From IMG/VR virus record IMGVR_UViG_3300003886_000001, positions 1-64,000 of that record: 64,000 nt of DNA; one strand, 5' to 3'. How positions within the stretch are numbered: position 1 is the stretch's first letter; every line of letters starts with the position of its first letter. The notes under the pieces are model-generated. The model ran no database searches. It was not told where the DNA came from and saw only the letters and a program-made list of their open reading frames with translations. The translations under genes were made by a program, and so were the position numbers. This DNA is from a virus. This document shows, piece by piece, positions 40,539-49,661 of the stretch.

Positions 40539-41429
40539 ATGCGTATACGTAAGTCTATTGATGACAATTATAGTGCTTTTTTCACAGATGACGGTAAAAC
40601 ATATAGATTTAAATTAACTGATGCCCCCATGAAGGAATTAACATTTCCAGAGTTTTATGATGTAGCAATTAACACCTGGTGTGCTGGCGGATGTGGGTAT
40701 TGTTATGTAGGTGCCAAAGAGTCTGGTATGCATTTTCCCGGGGCTGTGGGGAACATAAAAAGAATCTTTGGGCATATGACTCTGAATGAACGGCCTTTTC
40801 AGGTGGCACTTGGCGGTGAGGGAGAACCTACCGCGCACCCAGACTTTCTAGAGGTCTTAGAAACCTTTAGAGGGCTAGGAATAGCGCCAAACTATACTAC
40901 TAATGGTATGCATTTAAGTACGGAGCTTATTGCTGCAACCAAAGAGTTTAATAGTGGGGTAGCTGTAAGCATGCATCCACAGTTAAGAACATATAGCGTT
41001 AATGCCATTAAAGAGTACTCCAAAGCAGGTATCAGATTAAACTTACACTTTGTGGTGTCTAATGCAAAAAGTATTGACCTATTATGGAAAGCGGTTGAAG
41101 AGTGGAATGATGTAGTTGAACACTTTGTAGTGCTTCCGTATATGAGTAATAGAGAGGCCCCATTCAAACGTGTTGACACAGACTATCTAGCGCGAACATT
41201 AGATTCTAGAGAGGATATCAGTAAAATAGCGTTCGGTTCTAATTTATATAAGTTTTTGAGTGTACGAGACTATCCGGTCAGCTTGTATGAGCCCGAAGCT
41301 ATGAGTAAATACTTGGTGTTAAGTGACCCAATTAAACTTTACTCCGATTCTCACAGTATGAAACCAGTGACCAAAGGGCCACTTTGGAGGTTGGTAAACA
41401 TTCTGTCTATGGAAGATAACGGTGTGTAA
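40539..41429 (+). CDS. Radical SAM protein
   Basis: CxxxCxxC (CAGGCGYC), GGEGEP, PNYTTNG. Confidence 0.92.
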   Translation: MRIRKSIDDNYSAFFTDDGKTYRFKLTDAPMKELTFPEFYDVAINTWCAGGCGYCYVGAKESGMHFPGAVGNIKRIFGHMTLNERPFQVALGGEGEPTAHPDFLEVLETFRGLGIAPNYTTNGMHLSTELIAATKEFNSGVAVSMHPQLRTYSVNAIKEYSKAGIRLNLHFVVSNAKSIDLLWKAVEEWNDVVEHFVVLPYMSNREAPFKRVDTDYLARTLDSREDISKIAFGSNLYKFLSVRDYPVSLYEPEAMSKYLVLSDPIKLYSDSHSMKPVTKGPLWRLVNILSMEDNGV

Positions 41430-41850
41430 CCCGAGAGTTTCTTTACTAATAGCTAAAGAGGATGAAAACGGAAACCTACTGCTACTTCTTAGGAAAGAAG
41501 GTGATTCTTACCTTTTACCCAGCGTCTGCTCAGATTTAGGTGAATATACTGAGGCGGCCGCAAAGCGAATGTTATCAGAAATTACTAAAGACAATAACGA
41601 CGATTTATCTCTACTTGAGATAGTGGAGCATTTTGAAGATGATTGTTACATAGGGTTTTACTATTATGTTAGTGTAGCCGATAACGCAGTAGTACCACAA
41701 AACTATGTATGGAAAGAGGAACAGGAGGTTATTAGTCTTTTACAGGATGGAGTTTACCATACTGTAGAACTTGATTCAAGGCTTGACTCCAAGCAACGCC
41801 TATGCTATGATATAGAAAGGTATGGGGGTGACAAGGTTTCGACAGGGTAA
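41422..41850 (+). CDS. NUDIX-like protein (degenerate box)
   Basis: LLLLRKE...LP....GEYTEAAAKRMLSEIT. Confidence 0.5.
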   Translation: MCNPRVSLLIAKEDENGNLLLLLRKEGDSYLLPSVCSDLGEYTEAAAKRMLSEITKDNNDDLSLLEIVEHFEDDCYIGFYYYVSVADNAVVPQNYVWKEEQEVISLLQDGVYHTVELDSRLDSKQRLCYDIERYGGDKVSTG

Positions 41851-42076
41851 AAAACAATTAACTAGCGTGCAGGGGTGGGCTGGCCCCTTAATCAAGCCCA
41901 AAATTAATAATTAACAACTATGCTATGCCACTCGCCGCTTAGAGCGAGAACCGCCCGCAGCTAGCGCACAATAGCTGTACGCTTTATAGATTTGAACAAA
42001 ACTTTTTGATACGCACGTACAGAAGGTTAGTTAGACGTTGCTCTGGACGCGGGTTCGACTCCCGCCGCCTCCACCA
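41824..42076 (+). ncRNA. ssrA: tmRNA, 253 nt; tag (A)NNYAMPLAA at 41913-41942
   Basis: 5' GGGGGTGACAAGGTTTCGAC; 3' GACGCGGGTTCGACTCCCGCCGCCTCCACCA; G3:U pair; PK1; tag ending LAA-stop. Confidence 0.95.
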
Positions 42077-42126
42077 TCTGTTGTTGAAAAAAGATAAGGT
42101 ATTGTATTCTTGTGTGTCTAACACTT

Positions 42127-42149
42127 CTCATCAATGAGTACAGTACCAT
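42127..42149 (+). promoter_or_regulatory. Class II promoter
   Basis: CTCAT-N12-TACCAT. Confidence 0.7.
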
Positions 42150-42170
42150 GAATCATAGATAGGAGTATAG

Positions 42171-44138
42171 GTGATTCCAACTCAGGAAAAGACTGTTACT
42201 AATGAGATTAAAGGTAGCTTGAGAAGCAAGCGTATGACCCTTGACCCTGATAGTATTACTCATATCATGGGTATTCTAACAGACTTATATAGCGACCCAG
42301 CTATGGCGGTTATCCGTGAATACACGTTAAACGCTATTGATTCTCATGCCGCTGCCGGAAAAGGAGATGTTCCTGTTACGATTGGGTTACCAACGGCGTT
42401 TAGTGATACCTTCGTTGTTAAAGACGAAGGTATTGGAATGGACGAGGAAGAGGTATTTAATACCTTTGGCAGCTACGGAGCTTCTACAAAACGAGAAAGT
42501 GATAACTATACGGGGCAGCTAGGGTTAGGGTGTAAGTCTGGCCTAACGTTGACGAACCAATTTTCGCTAGTAGCAATTAAAGATGGTATCAAATGTGCTT
42601 TTTCTGTCCATAAGGACGAATTTGGTGTACCTTGTATTACAAAGTTGTATCAGGGTTTAACAGACGCTCACAATGGCGTAGAGGTCTCAATAGCGATTAA
42701 AGACGTGGAGGAGTTTAAGAAAAGGGCGGCACGATTCTTCCCATTCGTTACCCCTATCCCTGTATTTCTAAACGAGTTTAGCGTACAAACAAAACCTATC
42801 TTGGAAATATCGCCATCTATCAAGATTGTTGATAGTACACAAGACTGTGTAGTAATGGGTAATGTACCTTACCCATTTGTACATGATAAGTTATTTAGGA
42901 CCCTGACGAGGCCCTCTATAGTTTTGTACGCAAAAATGGGAGAAGTAAACTTTACTCCAAGTAGGGAGAGTCTTCACTATACTGCGAAGACAAAGGATTT
43001 CTTGAATCGTAAATACGAAGAATTGGAAGATAAGTTAGCGTCTAAGATATCACAAGACTTAGACTTAGCCGACAACTATGCTGAGGCTTGCAAACTCTGT
43101 AGGGATAAGAAGTACTATGCATTATTGATAGACCTCTCCGCCATGAAAGTACCGATGTTTCATGGAGAGGAAGTCTCCTCTAGTTTGTATGCATTCTCAC
43201 CAATAAAGAGTTATTATTTGGATAACGGTAAGTTGAAATTTAAGCGTAAGGGTACTACATCCTTTTATACAGATAATTTAGGAATAACTGTCTTGATACA
43301 TGACAACCCTTATCTGACTTCAACTAACCGTAGAAAATTGAAGATATTTATGCTTGAGAAGGGGTTAAATGAAGTATATTATATTACCAATAGCCTAGAT
43401 AGCTATTTTAGTCCCATTGTTAGTACACAGATGAAGACTATCACCATAGAGGACTTAAAATATATAAAATTACCGTCACGAAGTGGTAAATGTGAGAGCA
43501 AATGGCCTCGACTTGAAGTGAAGCGTCATACCGCTTGGAGCCGTCAGGTCGAGTTTGTTATGGACACCGAGGCCGAAGTAAAGGCACGAAAAGGTGATAT
43601 TGTATTTCTATCAAGAGGTCCACTAAAAATAAATGCATATACTTTAACCTCTTTGTTCCCTGATACCTATTTTTATGCTGTACCGGCATCTCGCGCACCC
43701 TCATTTAGGCATCTCTCCCCCCGTGCCCGCTCTATTAACGAATTTTTGCTCAACCAGTTGATAAAAATTGAAAACTCTATGACAGATGCTCAGAAACTAC
43801 GTGTAGCCGGTATACCAAGCCAAGCCTTAATTAAGTTATCTCCAAATATCTTGTCTAGTGACCAAATACAAGATAAACAGTTGAGGGCGTTTGGGCAGAA
43901 GATAGTAGCAGTCGATGAGGCTGTCATAAAAATTCATAACGAGCCTTGGTCGACATTTAGAAGAATATGCACCACCTCTGGTCTTGCAGAACTGGTTATG
44001 GATATAGGTCAGGATATTAGAGAGTCTTTTATTAAGGAATCCGACGCTTTAGCTAAAAAGTATCCGCTACTGTTTGTTTCTCAAGACCGCACATTCACCC
44101 AATCCTATATAGACTATGTAAATGAAAGGAATTTATGA
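42171..44138 (+). CDS. rIIA: RIIA-like protein (GHKL ATPase N-terminus)
   Basis: LYSDP..AVIREY..NAIDSH, DEGIGM, GQLGLGCKS. Confidence 0.85.
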   Translation: MIPTQEKTVTNEIKGSLRSKRMTLDPDSITHIMGILTDLYSDPAMAVIREYTLNAIDSHAAAGKGDVPVTIGLPTAFSDTFVVKDEGIGMDEEEVFNTFGSYGASTKRESDNYTGQLGLGCKSGLTLTNQFSLVAIKDGIKCAFSVHKDEFGVPCITKLYQGLTDAHNGVEVSIAIKDVEEFKKRAARFFPFVTPIPVFLNEFSVQTKPILEISPSIKIVDSTQDCVVMGNVPYPFVHDKLFRTLTRPSIVLYAKMGEVNFTPSRESLHYTAKTKDFLNRKYEELEDKLASKISQDLDLADNYAEACKLCRDKKYYALLIDLSAMKVPMFHGEEVSSSLYAFSPIKSYYLDNGKLKFKRKGTTSFYTDNLGITVLIHDNPYLTSTNRRKLKIFMLEKGLNEVYYITNSLDSYFSPIVSTQMKTITIEDLKYIKLPSRSGKCESKWPRLEVKRHTAWSRQVEFVMDTEAEVKARKGDIVFLSRGPLKINAYTLTSLFPDTYFYAVPASRAPSFRHLSPRARSINEFLLNQLIKIENSMTDAQKLRVAGIPSQALIKLSPNILSSDQIQDKQLRAFGQKIVAVDEAVIKIHNEPWSTFRRICTTSGLAELVMDIGQDIRESFIKESDALAKKYPLLFVSQDRTFTQSYIDYVNERNL

Positions 44139-45217
44139 ATGTATCTTTTAATATTACTCATTCGGACACGGATGGTATACAAATAATAGTGTATATTGAT
44201 GGTACCGCGTACGTTGCCAGTGAGTCACATCTGTTGTTTAAGGATATTTTGAAAGCCTGTCGAGAGCTTGACTTTGAAAATCTGGCTCAGTTATTTGACG
44301 TAAAGGGGGTCCTTACCGAAACATTATCACAACTTAGCGAACGTGTAAGAATTAGTGAGACTACGCTATATTTTGATGGTGAGCCTATGTTTGGTAAATT
44401 AACTACTATTCTTGTGAATACGTATAGAGATGGAAGGGATTTTGTCCCGCTGCTTAACTTTTTAGAAAACCTTATGAATAATCCCAGTAGAGGCAGTAGA
44501 GAACAGCTGTATGGATTTCTAGAACACCACCATTTTTCAATTACATCTGATGGGCACTTTTTAGCCTATAAGGGAGTAAATAGCGATAGGCATTCTCTTC
44601 ATAACGGGTATGGTATCGTGGACGGAGTAATAACACATGGAACCTTACCAAATAAAGACGGTTCTATTATTGAAATGGGAAGGGACAGAGTCGTAGAAGA
44701 CCCTAACCAGGGATGTACAGTAGGACTCCATGTAGGCACCTATTTATATGCCAGTAGTTACGGATACGTGACCGTGCTGGTCAAGGTTAATCCACGAGAT
44801 GTAGTGTCAGTACCTATTGATTCAGACTATCAGAAGCTGAGAGTTACCAGATATAAAGTTTTACATGAGGTATCCGAAGAAGTACCTGATGATTATTATG
44901 AGGATACTATGCTAATTCCAGATGATGAGTATGATGATGCTGAGTTAATACCGGAGCTATCAGACGATAGAGTAGACGACTTATTAGTGGATATGGCTGT
45001 TTCAACGCTAGAAGAAGAAGCTTCAAACTATACTTATAAGGGACGTATGGCTGGTTCATACAAGCAGCTAGCGGAAAGATTAGGATTTAGTAGGGATGTA
45101 GCCGAGTATCTAGATAACTCTCATTCTGCTAATGCAGTTTACCGGTATCATGTAGATAGGTTAAGGGATGCCTATTTATCAGAAGGTGATGGTGATGAGG
45201 AAAATAACCCAACATGA
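44135..45217 (+). CDS. rIIB: RIIB-like protein
   Basis: DGHFLAYKGV, CTVGLHVG, VKVNPRDVVSVP. Confidence 0.85.
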   Translation: MNVSFNITHSDTDGIQIIVYIDGTAYVASESHLLFKDILKACRELDFENLAQLFDVKGVLTETLSQLSERVRISETTLYFDGEPMFGKLTTILVNTYRDGRDFVPLLNFLENLMNNPSRGSREQLYGFLEHHHFSITSDGHFLAYKGVNSDRHSLHNGYGIVDGVITHGTLPNKDGSIIEMGRDRVVEDPNQGCTVGLHVGTYLYASSYGYVTVLVKVNPRDVVSVPIDSDYQKLRVTRYKVLHEVSEEVPDDYYEDTMLIPDDEYDDAELIPELSDDRVDDLLVDMAVSTLEEEASNYTYKGRMAGSYKQLAERLGFSRDVAEYLDNSHSANAVYRYHVDRLRDAYLSEGDGDEENNPT

Positions 45218-45560
45218 ATTGCGGAGTGTTGAGTTAATTTTAGACAAGATTCGTACTGTCATTGATTTGGAGTATTTCTATGATGATGAGCAGAACATCT
45301 TAGCCATTGGGGATAACTACATTATGCGTGGTGGCACTATCACACAGTATAATGGGGCTGTAGAACAAGACATCTTCCGTCTAATATACGGAGAAGACCA
45401 TCCAGGAGACGACCATTTTGACTTTTCTCGTTGGGAGGAGGAGGACGTGGCGTCCGCAAACGCGGTAGAGCCGTTGTTACCGATATTTCTTGCCAATCTA
45501 TTCCAACGATGGGGAGAAGAGCTTATTTATTCAAAGTTCAAATTGGGGCTGAAAGGATAA
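45168..45560 (+). CDS. Hypothetical protein
   Basis: ORF; start uncertain. Confidence 0.55.
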   Translation: MPIYQKVMVMRKITQHELRSVELILDKIRTVIDLEYFYDDEQNILAIGDNYIMRGGTITQYNGAVEQDIFRLIYGEDHPGDDHFDFSRWEEEDVASANAVEPLLPIFLANLFQRWGEELIYSKFKLGLKG

Positions 45561-45561
45561 A

Positions 45562-45774
45562 ATGGTTAAATTAGAGCACAGGCCTTATAATCCCCTGTTA
45601 AAGTTGAAATCAATAACAGCGGATGTGATTAATACCCTAGGTAGCGAAGAGGCAGTATCATATATTACCAAGTACCATCACGATGGGGAAACAGGAGAAG
45701 TTTATTATGATACTCCATCCGGGAAGGTAAAGGTATGCTGTGATGAGAAATATGTCTACTTATCTTGGGCGTAA
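45562..45774 (+). CDS. Hypothetical protein
   Basis: coupled ORF. Confidence 0.55.
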   Translation: MVKLEHRPYNPLLKLKSITADVINTLGSEEAVSYITKYHHDGETGEVYYDTPSGKVKVCCDEKYVYLSWA

Positions 45775-45962
45775 TTGACATGTCAAAAGATTATGATACG
45801 TGGTACAATGAGGTAGAGATTTCTGTATGGGGTCTGTTATTTACCAATATGGATGTTTATGAAGATGTTAACTTCGAAGCCATTTTTGCCAGCGGAATGG
45901 AACCATACAACGTTGCGGAATACTTGTACTTAAGGGAGTATACAGATGAGACTACCGGTTGA
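45765..45962 (+). CDS. Small acidic protein
   Basis: coupled ORF. Confidence 0.55.
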   Translation: MGVIDMSKDYDTWYNEVEISVWGLLFTNMDVYEDVNFEAIFASGMEPYNVAEYLYLREYTDETTG

Positions 45963-46131
45963 ACTATTGATAGTTGATAAAAAAAACCATCGTAAACTAG
46001 TTAGTGTCCCTCTCTTGTTAGTATCCAAGCGCAGTGAGCTTATAGACAGCGCCAAGGCATATGTTAAACAAAGTTGGCGAGGATATACTTTAATTAGTGT
46101 GCATGAGGGACGACTATTCAACGATGGTTAA
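45946..46131 (+). CDS. Hypothetical protein
   Basis: coupled ORF. Confidence 0.55.
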   Translation: MRLPVELLIVDKKNHRKLVSVPLLLVSKRSELIDSAKAYVKQSWRGYTLISVHEGRLFNDG

Positions 46132-46276
46132 GATTACTTACGACATTGTTGAAAATGGGGTAACATATGGTAAAGGGATAGTGTACACAGAGGAAGACGA
46201 TGCCGACAAGTGGTTTTTCCATATCATTAGACATGATAAACATGTTATCAGTTATGAGGTAGAACATGTTAGATGA
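46124..46276 (+). CDS. 50-aa hypothetical protein
   Basis: MVKITYDIVENG...; RBS GAGG; fills gap in operon. Confidence 0.5.
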   Translation: MVKITYDIVENGVTYGKGIVYTEEDDADKWFFHIIRHDKHVISYEVEHVR

Positions 46277-46550
46277 GGATGCTCTAGAAGAGGTAAAGGT
46301 AATTAGTCGTGTTATTTTTTCTAATGGAAAGGGGGAGACCATCGTATTAGAAACAGAACATGGGCTAGAAGAGATAAGACAGCAATTATACATTATTAGC
46401 GCTAAAAAGACCCTACATGCAAAGTTCAGGGGAGCAGACGCATTTAACAAACTACATTATGAGTTTACATGGAATGTCGAAGACCGAGACTTAGATGACA
46501 TGATTAAAGAGTTTTTAGGAGCCGGCTGGGTTATTAGAAATGAGGAATAA
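46266..46550 (+). CDS. Hypothetical protein
   Basis: RBS GAGGT. Confidence 0.6.
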   Translation: MLDEDALEEVKVISRVIFSNGKGETIVLETEHGLEEIRQQLYIISAKKTLHAKFRGADAFNKLHYEFTWNVEDRDLDDMIKEFLGAGWVIRNEE

Positions 46551-46706
46551 AGAATGGAATACATAATAATTATCCCGGTTTTACTTGCTATAAATTACCT
46601 GCTAGTAAAGAAACCAGCGAAAAACTTCTTGCGTATGGAAGTTGTAGGATACTTATTGGTAGGCGGTCTTGTTAGATTTGCCCACTTACTAAATATTTTG
46701 TAAGCC

Positions 46707-46736
46707 TTGACAATCAGTCTTCCAATCTGCTATAGT
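46707..46736 (+). promoter_or_regulatory. Sigma70-type promoter (leaderless)
   Basis: TTGACA-18-TGC-TATAGT, ATG 7 nt downstream. Confidence 0.75.
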
Positions 46737-46743
46737 GATTTAA

Positions 46744-46974
46744 ATGACTAAATATACGATTTTTTATATGACAAACCAAAGAGAAGCAGCGGAGGGGGAT
46801 ATGGACGCCGATGCTGTTAAACAGGTCTTTGATGATAAGGAAGTTGAAGTAATTTTGAAACAAGATAATCTAACGTTTCTTGCCCTAAAAGACCAACTAA
46901 ACGGACATAGTAACCCCGCTCACCCGGCTGTAAAGGGGCCGTTAGTAATGATTGAAGATTCAGAATTATGGTAA
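46744..46974 (+). CDS. Hypothetical protein
   Basis: leaderless ORF. Confidence 0.6.
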   Translation: MTKYTIFYMTNQREAAEGDMDADAVKQVFDDKEVEVILKQDNLTFLALKDQLNGHSNPAHPAVKGPLVMIEDSELW

Positions 46975-47240
46975 CTGTAGATAAACTTAAATCGCTTTTA
47001 CAAATTATAGAAAAGGAGTATCCTGATGTTTATAATTGGGATACAATTGATGAGCTACAGCTATCACTAGACGAAGCAGAAGACAGGGAACAGCTTAAAC
47101 GCTCGGACTTTAAGATGGAAACTCCGGAGGGGAATAAGTCTGTTTTGAGTTTGGCTCTTGCCATCTTTGATTATGCCCAAGACACCGGACTGGTTTATTG
47201 GGAAGTAGATGAACTAATTGGAGAATTATTTAATGTCTAA
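46968..47240 (+). CDS. Acidic hypothetical protein
   Basis: coupled ORF. Confidence 0.6.
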   Translation: MVTVDKLKSLLQIIEKEYPDVYNWDTIDELQLSLDEAEDREQLKRSDFKMETPEGNKSVLSLALAIFDYAQDTGLVYWEVDELIGELFNV

Positions 47241-47245
47241 TACTT

Positions 47246-47268
47246 CTCATGTAGCTGTAAAGTAAGAT
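47246..47268 (+). promoter_or_regulatory. Class II promoter (leaderless)
   Basis: CTCAT-N12-TAAGAT, ATG 6 nt downstream. Confidence 0.75.
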
Positions 47269-47274
47269 TAGGGC

Positions 47275-47505
47275 ATGAGTCAAACAGAAGACCTTCACGA
47301 GGTTGTAAACGCGCTCCGCGAGGAGATGATTAAGCTTAAGAAGGGCGCTTATGCGTTAAGCCTGTTAGCACTAACGTACGATTCTCTTAGACAACGTGAT
47401 AATGCTGCTAGCACTCGACATGCTCATCGGTTACTATCCTTAGCTAGTGAAGCACTTTTCGCCGCCCAAGAGCATTTTAACGACATATCTAGTAGAGAGG
47501 ATTAA
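47275..47505 (+). CDS. Helical hypothetical protein
   Basis: leaderless ORF. Confidence 0.6.
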   Translation: MSQTEDLHEVVNALREEMIKLKKGAYALSLLALTYDSLRQRDNAASTRHAHRLLSLASEALFAAQEHFNDISSRED

Positions 47506-47506
47506 T

Positions 47507-47707
47507 ATGGACATCTACCTTTTTTCTTATAGTGGCCTTGGTTCCACAGACCGAGAGTTAGTAGTGTCTCCTAGTGAGTCCAAAGCATGGGAATTAGTGC
47601 AGGAAAGATATCCGGAACGAGAACATGAGAACTGGCAACTACAAGGCACGATAGATACCTCTCAAGGAGTGGTTGCAGAGGAATTATTCAATAATTGTGG
47701 AGAGTAA
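47507..47707 (+). CDS. Hypothetical protein
   Basis: RBS GAGG. Confidence 0.6.
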   Translation: MDIYLFSYSGLGSTDRELVVSPSESKAWELVQERYPEREHENWQLQGTIDTSQGVVAEELFNNCGE

Positions 47708-47718
47708 GGAAGTTAATC

Positions 47719-48198
47719 ATGTCCTGGAAAAATCACAAGAAATACGCTTATAGGGACAGATATATTCGGAATACTTTGAATGCAAGAAAAATCTATCAAA
47801 GCTATCCGCCTCTTTTTGTTGCGGGGGAAAATCTCCAGCGGGGGACGCCACGTCTACAGGACAGGATGCAATACTGCTCGTTTGGGGTTAGGAAAGTAAC
47901 CCGTTTGGTTACCCCTGTCGAGGAACCTGATGATTATGTAACACGAATCTCTCAAGATGAATTCTGGGGCCTTGAAGAAAAGGAGTATGAGGATAAATAC
48001 ATTGCTGTACGTTATAACCTTGATAGGTCACTTCATGGAGATGGACCTTATTGGAAATGGTGGAAAAAACAAAGTAAACGAGTGACACGTCGTCAGAACC
48101 GCTCCTATTGTAAAAGTGTTATGGACGACGAAGAACGGGCAGAAAGAAAGCTGCCAGAACATAATTTTCGGGAGTATACGGACTGGTCTTGGTATTAA
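47719..48198 (+). CDS. Basic hypothetical protein
   Basis: RBS AAGGA; WKWWKKQSKR. Confidence 0.65.
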   Translation: MSWKNHKKYAYRDRYIRNTLNARKIYQSYPPLFVAGENLQRGTPRLQDRMQYCSFGVRKVTRLVTPVEEPDDYVTRISQDEFWGLEEKEYEDKYIAVRYNLDRSLHGDGPYWKWWKKQSKRVTRRQNRSYCKSVMDDEERAERKLPEHNFREYTDWSWY

Positions 48199-48932
48199 TG
48201 AGAGCCCCACACAACAGAACGTTGACCTGTTCTGCATCTGAGCTAGAAGAGCTCTCAAAAGACCTTCTATACCTGCATTCCCGCCGCCGGCCCGCTGCTT
48301 TTGTTAACCGTGTAATTAACCAGGACTTGTGGGAGGCTGCCCAATTTTTACCAAAGAAGTTTGTGGACCTTCTCATCCTGGACAACTTAACCAAGAATTA
48401 TATAAACTACACGTCATGGTTTTCAGAAGTTTTGGACATGCTAGCTCCAACCCTAAAGCCTACAGCTTCCGTATACGTGTGCAGCGATTGGAGAACATCT
48501 ACCCTCATATTTCCCGTATTAGAACGGTACTTCCACGTACGCAATAGGATTACTTGGGAACCTGGAAGAGGAGCAAATACAAACTGGAAGAATAACACGG
48601 AGGATATCTGGTTTGCCACATGCACGGATGATTACCAGTTCAACCAATCAAATCTTTGGCCAAATGTTTCTATTCCGCCTTGGGAAGACACTGACCACCC
48701 AATCCAGAAACCCGAGAAACTTATTGCTAAACTTATACTTGCTAGTTCACGCGAAGACGGTATGGTATTTGCTCCTTTTCTGGGCAGTGGTACTACAGCC
48801 GTCGTTGCGAAAAAGTTGAACAGAAGGTTTTGTGGAATTGAACTAAATCGCGAATACTGCTGTTGGACGCTAAAACGCTTGCAGAAAGCAGAATCAGACA
48901 AACGCATCCAAGGGTATTATATAGCCTCTTGA
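48198..48932 (+). CDS. Beta-class N4/N6 DNA methyltransferase homolog lacking catalytic DPPY
   Basis: HPIQKPEKL, PFLGSGTT, GIELN present; motif IV reads LILD-NLTKN. Confidence 0.8.
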   Translation: MRAPHNRTLTCSASELEELSKDLLYLHSRRRPAAFVNRVINQDLWEAAQFLPKKFVDLLILDNLTKNYINYTSWFSEVLDMLAPTLKPTASVYVCSDWRTSTLIFPVLERYFHVRNRITWEPGRGANTNWKNNTEDIWFATCTDDYQFNQSNLWPNVSIPPWEDTDHPIQKPEKLIAKLILASSREDGMVFAPFLGSGTTAVVAKKLNRRFCGIELNREYCCWTLKRLQKAESDKRIQGYYIAS

Positions 48933-48957
48933 CACGACTTCTAAACTATGATATACT
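48929..48957 (+). promoter_or_regulatory. Sigma70-type promoter of tRNA cluster 1
   Basis: TTGACA-17-TATACT. Confidence 0.85.
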
Positions 48958-49004
48958 ATGTTTGTTGGTAAGGAGGATTTAGGTCTCGATTACGAGAACG
49001 GAAT

Positions 49005-49093
49005 GGAGGATTGCCAGAGTCGGCCAATTGGGTCTCGCTGCTAACGAGAACGGTGTAATAGCCACAGAGGTTCGAATCCTCTATCCTCCTCCA
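49005..49093 (+). tRNA. tRNA-Ser(GCT)
   Basis: cloverleaf, long V-arm, CCA. Confidence 0.92.
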
Positions 49094-49096
49094 ATT

Positions 49097-49171
49097 GCGG
49101 TTATGGTGTTAATGGTAGCACAGGGGTCTTCCAAACCACAGGCCAGGGTTCGAATCCCTGTAACCGCTCCA
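49097..49171 (+). tRNA. tRNA-Gly(TCC)
   Basis: cloverleaf, CCA. Confidence 0.9.
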
Positions 49172-49174
49172 AAA

Positions 49175-49249
49175 GTCGGCTTGGTGTAATGGGAACATGG
49201 CACTCTCCAAAAGTGTTAGATGCAGGTTCGACCCCTGTGGCCGGCGCCA
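49175..49249 (+). tRNA. tRNA-Trp(CCA)
   Basis: cloverleaf, G73, CCA. Confidence 0.92.
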
Positions 49250-49252
49250 AAT

Positions 49253-49327
49253 GGTTTGTTGATATAACGGAAATTATACTAACCTGTCACGTTAGAAATA
49301 GGGGTTCGACTCCCCTACAGACCGCCA
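49253..49327 (+). tRNA. tRNA-Asp(GTC)
   Basis: cloverleaf, CCA. Confidence 0.92.
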
Positions 49328-49339
49328 ATTTTAATCTTC

Positions 49340-49362
49340 CTCATGATTGTACGAGCTACAAT
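49340..49362 (+). promoter_or_regulatory. Class II promoter
   Basis: CTCAT-N12-TACAAT just before tRNA-Asn. Confidence 0.65.
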
Positions 49363-49366
49363 GTAT

Positions 49367-49441
49367 TCTAGGATGGTGAAAGGGTATCACGGCAGACTGT
49401 TAATCTGTCAGTTGTAGGTTCGAATCCTACTCCTAGAGCCA
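49367..49441 (+). tRNA. tRNA-Asn(GTT)
   Basis: cloverleaf, CCA. Confidence 0.93.
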
Positions 49442-49442
49442 A

Positions 49443-49517
49443 GCTTCTGTAGGACAATGGTTAGTCTCCCCGGCTCTTACCCGGTATATTCCAGTTCGAA
49501 TCTGGACAGAAGCACCA
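49443..49517 (+). tRNA. tRNA-Lys(CTT)
   Basis: cloverleaf, CCA. Confidence 0.88.
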
Positions 49518-49529
49518 CTTCTCACCAAA

Positions 49530-49551
49530 CTCATCTTCAAGCTGCTAGACT
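49530..49551 (+). promoter_or_regulatory. Class II promoter
   Basis: CTCAT-N11-TAGACT. Confidence 0.6.
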
Positions 49552-49586
49552 AAGTAAGTAAGGAAAGGAAGGAAAGACAACAACTT

Positions 49587-49661
49587 GCTCCCGTGGCCGA
49601 ACGGTTAGGCATCCGACTTTTAATCGGTACAGCGTAGGTTCGACTCCTACCGGGGGCACCA
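49587..49661 (+). tRNA. tRNA-Lys(TTT)
   Basis: cloverleaf, CCA. Confidence 0.92.
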
